From assembly GCA_002245135.1 (NCBI GenBank), contig NGBS01000333.1, positions 47,494 through 67,493 of the forward strand: a stretch of 20,000 nt of DNA, read 5' to 3'. Positions within the stretch are counted from its first letter, which is position 1, and each line of letters opens with the position of its first letter. This document shows positions 1 through 10,021 of this stretch, piece after piece. A program made the position numbers and the translations under genes. The DNA comes from Proteromonas lacertae (lineage: Eukaryota). The notes below the pieces were generated by a model that saw only the letters and a list, made by a program, of their open reading frames with translations, made no database searches and had not been told where the DNA came from.

Positions 1-440
1 TTAACAATTAGGAAAACAATCCATAAAAAACCTGTTGCTATAAACAAAAAATATGCTAACAATAAATATGACATGAAATCGTAGTTTCGATTCTATTGAT
101 ACTTATATTATTCAATTATACACTATGCATTGTAGATTTGTATGAAACTAAGGAAAGAACACCTTCAATCTATGATAAAGTAATAATTAAAAATAAATAT
201 ACGATGCCATAAACAATCTGATGTAATATAGATAAAGAAAAGAAAACATGAACAAATTCCCTACGAATAAACGAATGATTCATACATTGAAAAACAGGTA
301 TGTTCTCTGAAACTAGCATCAATCCATCCCACCACCAACAGAATTGATAGAATCAATCTTATGATTACAAGGTATCCCAGACCTGTAAAATCATCATAAC
401 CACAAGGCAACCGTCTTGAAAGTAGTTTTAAATGACCCAT
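1..440 (-). CDS. sn1-specific diacylglycerol lipase (DAGL alpha/beta)-like protein, 5' part (N-terminal transmembrane region); continues off the window
   Basis: Not in the ORF track. ATG at 440; removing three GT-AG introns (285-261, 202-170, 121-93) gives an open frame MGHLKLLSRRLPCGYDDFTGLGYLVIIRLILSILLVVGWIDASFREHTCFSMEFVHVFFSLSILHQIVYGIIEGVLSLVSYKSTMHSNRNYDFMSYLLLAYFLFIATGFLWIVFLIV. This resembles the animal DAGL N-terminus (M...L..RR....DD, TM, Cys, TM, S...T, TM). The lipase domain is not visible in the window. Confidence 0.65.
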
Positions 441-862
441 CTACTTCTTTGCCTTTCAGAACTAAACTAAAATTAAAAAAGAGTGATTCTATATTTTCGA
501 GCTTTTAGCTTGATATTAGTTTTTTAAAGAAGAAAATTCTTCTAAAATAGAATAATTTATAATCAAAAGACTAAATAATAAGCGAAATGCATGGACATAG
601 AAGAGGAGTGTAAATCAATCACAAGTTTTTTAGGTTCGAAAAGATGTATTTAGCAAATATAGGCTTCTAGAATCATAGTATTGATGTTCTTTATTCCTTT
701 ATCACTAGTAAATCTGTTTTAGTTTTTAAATTTCATCTCAAACATGTTTGCTTTGTCGTTTTAACTTTCAAAAAGACATTTTTTTAGAATCAACCATCCA
801 TTATATTTATTATTTGTTGTTATATTTGGCTTAATTTATTTATTATATATTTATAAACTTAA

Positions 863-3800
863 ATGGGAAAGTATAGAACACATCATTTATATTCTAGGCA
901 AAAGAATAAAATTCTAGTGGAAGTAGAAAAATATAATTTTTATGTAAATGGTAAAGCATATCAATTTGCTGAGAATTCTTTATTCTTGTTTTCTGAAGAC
1001 AATCCGCTGAGAAAACTTGTAGTGAGGATAGTTACACACAAATTTTTTGATATATTTATTTTACTACTTATTATATTTAATTCAATTTTGCTTGGCTGTA
1101 TAGAATACAGTTGTATAGATAGAAAAACACATGTATATGCATTTAAAATATAGTAAATAGATACCTTCATTCCATGGAATGGACCCTATGACAAGATTAG
1201 ACTGTAAATCTGATGTTAATCACGTTTTCGAAATTACAGAATTACCTCTTACGATACTTTTCACATTAGAGTTTGTATTAAAAGTAATAGCAATGGGATT
1301 TTTTATTGGGCCAGGAGCTTATTTACATAATGGTTGGAATTGGATAGATTTTATCGTTGTGGTTACTAGTTTGTTACAAAGTCTTCCAGGAATGCCAAAT
1401 GTATCATTTCTAAGGACATTTCGTGTGTTAAGACCACTTAGAACATTAAACAGAAGTATAAATTCTTAAATTAATCGTGTTTTATTATTTTCATAGTGCC
1501 AAGGATGAAGATCTTAGTATCTGCATTGTTGAGTTCAATTCCTGATCTAGTAAATGTAATGATTCTATTATTATTTATATTCGCAATTTTTGGTATTTTA
1601 GCACTTCAGTTTTTGAAGGGTTTTATTCATTTAAGATGCAGATTGACTCCCTATCCAATAGCAGTTAATTCTTCAATCTATGATCAATATACTGATTTAG
1701 AATCAAGGTGGTTTCTAGATGGTAAACCAGAGAATAGTGTGGTGTATGATATAGTGTATAATCGAGAGAAATTTCCATACTGTCATTTTGATGGAAATGT
1801 TTCAGATGTTATTCCACTGGAGAATGTTCATTGGAATCAGAAAACCTCACCTTGGTCAACACGTATATATAATTATTTTTATTTATTTTAATTATATATA
1901 GCAAGAATGTGTGTTTGGCCAACTGATCAAGATGTAATTCGACTATGCGGTGGTGCTTATAAATGTCATAATAACTATACATGTGGTAGTAACTGGGATA
2001 AACAAGGAAATGCACGGTTTCCTGATAATGATAGGAATTATCTATATGAAGCTGAGTTTTATGAAGAATTTGGTTATGGTTATCCAAAATTCGATAATAT
2101 AGTTGATATAGTGATTGTTATACTTCAAACACTGACTTTAGAAGGTTGGAGTGATATTATGTATACGTTTATGGATAGTTATAATTACTGGATGCCTCCT
2201 ATTTGGTTTACTTGTTTGGTATTATTTGGCAATTATTTCTTATTGAACTTAATGTTGGCTGTTATTTTTACAAAGTTTAACGAATCACAAGAAGAAGTGA
2301 GAGTACAGCAAGCATTACAAAGATCTATTAAGAAACAAAATAGTAAATATGTCTCAATGACAAAAAGTTTAAAAATAAAGAAATCATTAGATGATGCTGG
2401 AGTAATAAGAAGATTTTGTTATAATTTAGTTACTCATCCATGTTTCGAACTATTTATTGTTATTTGTATTATAATGAATACAATCGTTTTAGCATTAGAT
2501 ATGTATCCATTACAACCAACAATCACTAGTAATTGTGAATACATCAATTTTGTACTTACATTGATATTTATTGTGGAAATGGTGTTGAAAATGATCGCTT
2601 ATAAGTTTATCTATTATTTTTTTGATAAGTTCAATATATTTGATATGATTGTGGTAATAATTAGTATTTTTGAGTTTATATTTGCACCACCGTCTTTCCT
2701 TGCAGCAGAAGCTGTTAGTCATACTTCAGGTGTATCTGCATTAAGATCCTTCCGATTATTTAGATTGTTTAAATTAGCAAGATCATGGACGTCTTTACAG
2801 GAATTATTTGTTACATTATCTCGTTCATTTGAAGATATTTTAAACTTTGCTGTATTGTTGTTATTATATTTATATATTGAAACATTAATGGGAATGCAAT
2901 TCTTTGCAAATGAATTTCACTTTGATCCAATTACACAATATCAAATACAAATTGATGAACCTGGTTATATGGAAGCTGATATTCCTAGGTGTAGATATGA
3001 TGATTTCTATTATTCATTATTAACAGTATTTCAACATTTAGCTATTGATAATTTCAATATGGTAATGTATGATCAAAGAAGAGCAACAACTGCTTATAGT
3101 GAAGTATATACAGTCAATTTAATAGTAATTGGAAATTGGGTAGTTTTAAACTTATTCTTAGCTATTTTGTTAGGTAATTTTGATTCAAAAGAAGAAGAAG
3201 AATTGAATAAAAAGACAAGTTCAGTAGTTTTAATGATGAAATCATTAATAAGAATAGTAAAATGTTGTTTTTGTATAAGGAAAATTGCACCTGAGAACTC
3301 TATTACAGTTACTGAAAGTTCAGTCAGAGCAAGTCAAATAAGTCAAAACCATTCAAAGAGATTTTCAACATTGAATAAACCAGGAATGATGAAACAGCAT
3401 AAATCAGGAAAAGAGTTTACTAATCTGATAGGAGAAACATCAGTTCAAGCTGCACCAATAACACCATTTAATTTCAATAATACATCAGTTCAAGAAGATA
3501 ATAAAATTACACTAACTTCACCTCAACATGGAATAATCAAAAGTGCAATGAAATCAACTGGAAATGTTTGGAATAGTAAGCATGTTCCAAATGCACCAAC
3601 ACCAGCAAGATCTATGGTTAGAACGGATATAAGATCTCGTAGACCATCTGCAGCTATTACACCTTCTAGAAGACCATCTACTGCAAAGATGTTAGAAGGA
3701 TCTGATTCTACAGATGAAAGATTGTTATTGAAAGCATCTCAAGCATTGAATGGAGCAAATAACGAGAAGAAAGAATTGAAACAAATCACTGCAGCTGCTT

Positions 3801-6800
3801 TTTTGAAGAGAAAGAAGTTAGAAAGTCAAAAGAATTCTACTTATAACCTAGTCAATACCACTAACAATAATACATCAATGGCTAATGATAAAAAGAAATT
3901 GTATATGTCAAATAGAAGTTCCAGAAGATCTTCAAGATCCAGTAGAACCTCATTTAGTACAGATGGTGATGATGATTTGGATTATTTCATTGCGACAGTA
4001 TCAATAACTGAAGAAAAGGATATTGCTATTGAAGGTAGATCACTATGGTTATTTTCACCAGAAAATTGGCTGAGAGATAGATGTGCTAGAATTGTACAAA
4101 ATAAATATTTTGAGAATTTCATTTTGGTATTAATTCTAATAAGTTCAATTACATTAGCTATTGAAAATCCATTAGATAATCCAAACAGTGTATTTAAGAA
4201 GATATTAGAAGTGATTGATTATATATTAACAGCATTATTTGCAATAGAAATGATATTAAAAATTATCACATTTGGTTTACTTATTGGTAAACATGCTTAC
4301 TTAAGATCACCTTGGAATGTATTAGATTGTTTTGTTGTTATTATATCAATATTAGCTGCATTGCCAATGGTGAATGTTAGTTCAAATTTAACTGCATTAA
4401 GAGCCCTTAGAGCATTTAGAGCTTTAAGGCCATTAAGAGTTGTAAGTAGAAATCCTGGTTTGAAATTAGTAGCAAATGCATTGTTATCTTCTGTACCAGG
4501 TATTGGTAATATTTGTTTGATTGCTGTTATGTTCTTTTTAATATTCTCTATCATTGGAACTAACTATTTTAAAGGTTTAAACTATGGATGTAAAGGCGAT
4601 AAATTTGATAATTTATCTGAAGATCAACAAGAACTAATAGTTCATCCAAGATATTACAATAATCTAACAACAATAGAAAAGAGTTGGTTTCCAGGTAATT
4701 ATACAGATAAAACATCCAAACAAGTATGTTTATGGATGGGATGTGAATGGGTAAATAAATATCATTGTCCACAAAACTTTGATAATATCATCCAATCATT
4801 CTCCTCCTTTTATCAAATGACAACTACAGAAGGTTGGCAAGATATAATGTATATAGGTACAGATGGTACAGGTATTGATATGCAGCCAATTCCTGATAAT
4901 CAAAAGGCTTGGTCATTCTTCTTTATGGCATTTATTGTTGTAGGTGCATTTTTCATTTTGAACTTATTTGTTGGTGTGGTTATTGAGAATTTTAATAATA
5001 TGAAAAGAAAGTTAGGTAAAGATCATTTATTCTTAACTGAAGAACAAAGACAATGGGTTGATATGCAAGAAGCATTGTTGGCAATGAAAGTACAAAAACC
5101 ATTGAAAAGACCAAGAAATAAGTTTAGATTAAGATGTTTTAACTTGGTACATACTCAAGCTTTTGATTGGTTTATTATGATTTCTATTTGTATTAATACA
5201 GTATTTATGGCATGTACTTATTATGGTGAACCTTTTTTATTAACACAAGTTTTAGAAATATTGAACTATTTGTTTGCTTTTATATTTACTGTTGAAGCTG
5301 TATTGAAAATACTGTCATATGGAATAAAACAGTATTTTACTGATGGTTGGAATATATTTGATTTCTTCGTTACTATTGGTTCTGATATTGGTGTTGTATT
5401 GAAGTTGATGTTAGGTGATTCAAGTGTATCTGCTTTATTAGTAGTTAGAATGTTTAGAATTGGCAGAATATTTAGACTTATACAAAATGCAAAGTCATTA
5501 AGAACACTTTTTAACACATTATTATTGACTTTACCTTCATTAGCTAATGTTGGTGGTATTTTAGCGTTGATGTTGTTTATTTATACAGTTTTAGGTGTTC
5601 AGTTATTTGCTAAAGTAAAAGATGGAGAATTATTAGATGATAGAATTAATTTTAGGAATTTTGGTACTGCTTTAGTTACTTTAATAAGAAGTGCAACTGG
5701 TGAAATATGGAATATTCTGATGTATGATTGTGTAAATACTGAAGATTGTGAAACTGATCCGCCATATAATCCAAACTATTGTTTACATAGTGGAGATGTA
5801 ATTTGTGTTCCATTGACAGGATGTGGAAATTGGATGGCTTATATGTATAATATATTATTATTGTTATTATTATTATTTTATAATAGATTCTTTTTTTCCT
5901 TCATTTTGATTATCAGTTCAATTTTAGTTCAATTATTTATTGGTGTAATTTTGGATGGTTTTGGTGATGTTTCTCATTCAGAGAATTCAATGTTAACTCC
6001 TGAACAATTTGAACAATTCGTTAGAGCTTGGAATGAGTTTGATGTTGATGCAAAATGTTCAATTCCATTGTCACAATTAGATGATTTATTCAGTCGAATA
6101 CCACCTCCAATGGGATTTCCTGAAGATTTAATAGGCGAAGATAGAAGAAGAAGAATAGCCAAAATGAAGATTCCTATGTATAAAAGAGATAATGGTGAAC
6201 CAAGAGTGTATTTCAGTGATGTTGTATTAGCATGTGCTAAGAGAATAGTGGAAGATGATTTAAGAGAGAAAGGAAACGATAATTTCAATATTGAATTACC
6301 TGCTGATCATAGAGCTGTAAAAGCATGGAATAGAAAGTATAGAAAGATGAAGCATATTACAAATCGTGATATTGAATATAATATTAGACATTACTACTCA
6401 GTTTTACAATTAATTACTGCATATCAATTGTATAAATTCAGAACTAATATGAAGCGTAATATTATATTACAATCACCAAATAGCAGAGCTGTTTCACCTA
6501 AAAGTAATGATAGTTATGAGAATAACAATAATAATAATGAATATATCATCAATAAAGAGAAAATAAAAATGTCTTCTCCATTACCATTAAAACCAATAAA
6601 GTTAAATGTGAATATTAACTTAGATGATAGTCCTTATTCTAAATCAAATAACACTAATAATCACAGTAATGATCCAGATCCAAATAGTCCATATAAAGAA
6701 GATGATGAAGAAGAAGTAGAAGGACAGACTTTTACACCAATTACCTTTGAATTACCACCACTTCATGATGATAATGTAATAATACATTCATCACCAAAGA

Positions 6801-6955
6801 TATTTAATCATCCTTCAATTAGTCCACAGAATCATTCTTTACCAAATTGTAGTTCTCCCATTAGTAAAATTGTACATAGTAGTATTACTGATGCAAATTC
6901 ATCACCTGTTGCTAAAGATGAAATTACTAATAATGAGAATTCAGTACCTGTTTAG
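863..6955 (+). CDS. Four-domain voltage-gated Ca2+/Na+ channel alpha subunit (Cav/Nav/NALCN superfamily), ~1970 aa
   Basis: ORFs 863, 1179, 1496 and 1907 join via GT-AG introns 1133-1160, 1456-1496 and 1863-1901. In-frame intron 5845-5886 is likely and 871-897 is possible. Four 6-TM repeats with S4 segments (LRTFRVLRPLRTL; LRSFRLFRLFKLAR; LRALRAFRALRPLRVV; VRMFRIGRIFRLI) and pore loops TLEGW, AIDNF, TTEGW, TGEIW. Also a III-IV linker LFLTEEQ and a C-terminal EF-hand-like region (FVRAWNEFD...PPPMG). Confidence 0.96.
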
Positions 6956-7015
6956 ATAGTATAAACTTTAATTATTTTATTTTTTATTTTCTTTCTTTTA
7001 TTGCTTATAATATCC

Positions 7016-7104
7016 TTAAATGTATGGATTATTCACAATCAAGTCAAGTGGTTGATATGAATGATTCTTCTGTAAGTTATGCTGGTTCAATATTTACTGT
7101 TTAA
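7016..7104 (+). pseudogene. MEMO1: Duplicated 3' fragment of MEMO1 (last 28 codons plus stop)
   Basis: Identical to 17351-17439 (KCMDYSQSSQVVDMNDSSVSYAGSIFTV*); begins 60 bp after the channel stop codon. Confidence 0.92.
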
Positions 7105-7237
7105 ATTAATGACTATTTTGTATTTTATATTTTTACTTTTTTTTTATAAATGAATAATAAAACGAAAATAAAATATGTAATATTAATGAAATTAGTTAAT
7201 AAAGGATAATGTAGTAATAAAAATAAAAATGAAAAAA

Positions 7238-7309
7238 GGGCTCAGCCGGGAATCGAACCCGGGACCTCTCGCACCCAAAGCGAGAATCATACCACTAGAC
7301 CACTAAGCC
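7238..7309 (-). tRNA. tRNA-Pro: tRNA-Pro(UGG), copy 1
   Basis: 72 nt GGCTTAG...CTCGC-TT-TGG-GT-GCGAG...GGTTCGATTCC...CTGAGCCC; cloverleaf with A and B boxes, no intron, no encoded CCA; followed by T6 (7237-7232). Confidence 0.97.
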
Positions 7310-7753
7310 TACATCAAATTTATTGACAAACTCTGCATATAAATATCTAATAATACTTATTCAATTTTAATTTTTAGTTATGTAATACATAATATTTTGT
7401 CTATAATTCGTGAAATAAAGGAAATGAAAATACTATTATTTTATACTAGATGATAATAAAGATAATAAGTATTTTATAATGGATTTCTATATATAGACAA
7501 AAAATCATTTACAAAAGGTAAAAAATGAAGATTATGTTATATTATAAATAATAGATAAAGATGATAAAAATTTAAAATTAATATTCTGAAAGACATTGTG
7601 TAAATATTATCATCTAGTATAAAATAATAGCATTTTCATTTCCTTTATTTCACGAATTATAAACAAAATATTATGTATTACATAACTAAAAATTAAAATT
7701 GAATAAGTATTATTAGATATTTATATGCAGAGTTTGTCAATAAATTTGATGTA

Positions 7754-7825
7754 GGCTTAGTGGTCTAGTGGTATGATTCTCGCTTTGGGTGCGAGAGGTC
7801 CCGGGTTCGATTCCCGGCTGAGCCC
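7754..7825 (+). tRNA. tRNA-Pro: tRNA-Pro(UGG), copy 2
   Basis: Identical 72-nt sequence, anticodon TGG; followed by T6. Confidence 0.97.
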
Positions 7826-7831
7826 TTTTTT
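7826..7831 (+). terminator. RNA polymerase III oligo-T terminator (equivalents at 7232-7237, 17567-17573, 18162-18168)
   Basis: T6 or T7 run immediately after each tRNA 3' end. Confidence 0.8.
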
Positions 7832-7958
7832 CATTTTTATTTTTATTACTACATTATCCTTTATTAACTAATTTCATTAATATTACATATTTTATTTTCG
7901 TTTTATTATTCATTTATAAAAAAAAAGTAAAAATATAAAATACAAAATAGTCATTAAT

Positions 7959-8863
7959 TTAAACAGTAAATATTGAACCAGCATAACTTACAGAAGAATC
8001 ATTCATATCAACCACTTGACTTGACTGTGAATAATCCATACATTTAAAATTTACACTGCCCTTTAAATCAGAATTTTCAATACAATGAAGTAATAAAGTA
8101 ATAGGATTTCTACCGCATATAGTATTCTGTGTTTCGTCTTCATAATCACGATAGACTTTTGGATTTAATGTAGATATGGCCTTTAATCCTTCATGATCTA
8201 ATTTATCAATAGATTGCCATATTTCACCATCCTCTTTATTGTAATGAGTATATCTAAATCTTTTACCCCAATGACAGAAATCTGAACTAATGGCAAACAA
8301 GACATTTTCTTTTTCAAAGTAAGGTTTTAATACTTTTGAAACATTTATCATTTCATCCCATGATAAATCACCTACAAGAAAAGGAACCAATTGAAATTCA
8401 TGATCTCCCATAACAGATTTGATAAATGGGCAATGCATTTCTAAACTATGCTCTTCTTCATCATCATCACGATCTAAATATTTAAATAGAGATGTAGTAA
8501 TCAGTTTATCAACAATATCATTGTTAACCTTTATATCACCCAATGGAGTTTGAAAGGCTTCAGCTCTACTAAGCATACAATGTTTAATATATTTATAGTG
8601 ACTAGGACCCATTAAAAAAATTGTATCAATCTTCTCAGGGTTGATTTGAGAATACGCTGCTGCAAGTGTTTTTCCACAGTATCTATAGCCAGCATGTGGT
8701 CCAATTACAGCCTTTACATTAGATTTATTACCATTTTCCCACTGCTTCACAAGATCTAGAAATGAATTTCAAATTTAATACCTTTGATAAATGGTCCTAA
8801 CCTATTAGGATTACCTTCATACCATGAACCTGCGTGAGTAGCTACACGTGTAAAAGGTTTCAT
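7959..8863 (-). CDS. MEMO1: Protein MEMO1 (mediator of cell motility 1 / AmmeMemoRadiSam protein B family), 292 aa, copy 1
   Basis: ATG at 8863; 26-nt GT-AG intron 8781-8756. Motifs R.ATHAGSWY, PHAGY, GPSH, TPLG, EHSLEM, SSDFCHWG.RF.Y, NTICG, DSSVSYA. Confidence 0.95.
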
Positions 8864-9046
8864 TTCAGATGAAAAAAAACTCAAAATTCTTTTCAATTCT
8901 AACCAATCAAATTAAAGTATTCTATTTCAAAAATATTTTCAAACCCCATAAAACAATTTTAATATAGTATGAGAATATAATTCAGAATATTGAAAGATAA
9001 AAGTTAAATGTTCAATAAATGAACAAATAACTCGCAATTTGTAAAC

Positions 9047-9929
9047 TTATGAAGCGAAGTTTACTATCGCACCCATAGTTGAAGCAGCTACAGAGTTCAA
9101 TAAAATCAAGGCTGGTTGTTGAATACATACATCGATTGCCATTGAAATTGCAGAAGATATTATCCAACTGTTAGCTTGTTGAGATGCAAATTTTACTCCA
9201 TATAATAAGTTGATATACACCATAAACACGATGTAAATGAATACTACACTGTTTACACAGATTGTTATCGTTGTTCTCATTCTTCTTTGTCTTAACCATT
9301 CAACATATTCTTTCTTTCTTTGAATCTTATTCTTTGTTACTCGAATTCGGAATAAATTCAAGATTTTATTTCCAGCTTCTTTTATCTCAGCATTTTCAAA
9401 ATCAGTATTATCTTGATTATTTAATACTTTATTGAAATTGAAACAAATGTAAGACATTTCTAAAGACATCTTTTCTAATAAACATAATATTCCGACAATA
9501 AAATAGATTATCCAAATGTAATTATATTTCTTAAATGCATCAGATAATTTTGAAGAACAACTTATTGGATCAATTCCTACAGCTAAATAATCATTATCAA
9601 AACAATTTCGAACATTATAATCATCTACACTTTTATAACCACAACATTCGAGATTATCTTCGATATAAATTATTAATTCTTTTGTTCCTACTGATTTCGT
9701 CAAAGATTTCCATAAAGAATGAATACTTCCATTATTATCAAATGTTACTAATATACTGTAAATAAAACATACCAGACATAATACAAATAGTATTAAGTCA
9801 CAAACAAATAAGTAAATAAATGGAGTTTTCTTGAAAGAATTTACACTGATAAAAGTAAAGATTGATTCGATTATTAATAAAATCAATACAACAGTAAATA
9901 TCAAGGATGGAGGTCCAAATGGCATTATA
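9047..9929 (-). pseudogene. 5'-truncated duplicate of the polycystin-like gene 3' end (open frame; 292 aa from ATG at 9925)
   Basis: Reverse complement of 15469-16351. The ORF-track start at 9967 is a TTG in non-homologous junction sequence; the first ATG (MPFGPP) lies just inside the arm. Confidence 0.8.
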
Positions 9930-10021
9930 AATATATATATGAAAGAAATACATATCAATATTTTCAATCAATAATGCAAATAAATATAAAAAACGATAAT
10001 TCATTTTTAGAAAATTCTAGA

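Larger units (their letters stand above)
7016..8047. repeat. Inner inverted repeat 1: 443-bp arms (7016-7458 / 7605-8047) with 146-bp core (7459-7604)
   Basis: The arms are reverse complements (coordinate sum 15063) with about 3 mismatches seen. Each arm = MEMO1 3' end, downstream flank, tRNA-Pro and 149 bp of tRNA 5' flank. Confidence 0.96.
5400..9929. repeat. Left arm of large inverted duplication (partner 15469-20000); true outer limit not determinable
   Basis: Reverse complement of 15469-20000. Mirrored ORFs have identical translations and coordinate sums of 25398-25400. The inner match ends at 9929/15469. The 146-bp core 7459-7604 is the exception (not mirrored). Confidence 0.97.

Noticed and set aside
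961..6288. Short minus-strand ORFs overlapping the channel gene (961, 1809, 2510, 4297, 4569, 5266, 5974) and the mirror at 19112-19426
   Set aside because: Antisense shadows of a well-supported CDS; no recognisable motifs.
6521..6540. (AAT)n tract here and (TCA)n tract at about 14056-14073
   Set aside because: Ordinary coding poly-Asn and poly-Ser microsatellites.
7016..8047. MITE, foldback transposon or tRNA-derived SINE interpretation of the inner inverted repeat
   Set aside because: The arms consist of host sequence (MEMO1 3' end and an intact tRNA with terminator); no target-site duplication or transposase is seen.
9974..10021. Upstream in-frame ATG for the receptor (MQINIK...)
   Set aside because: The ATG at 10022 directly precedes a typical signal peptide and is the more plausible start, though the upstream one is not excluded.
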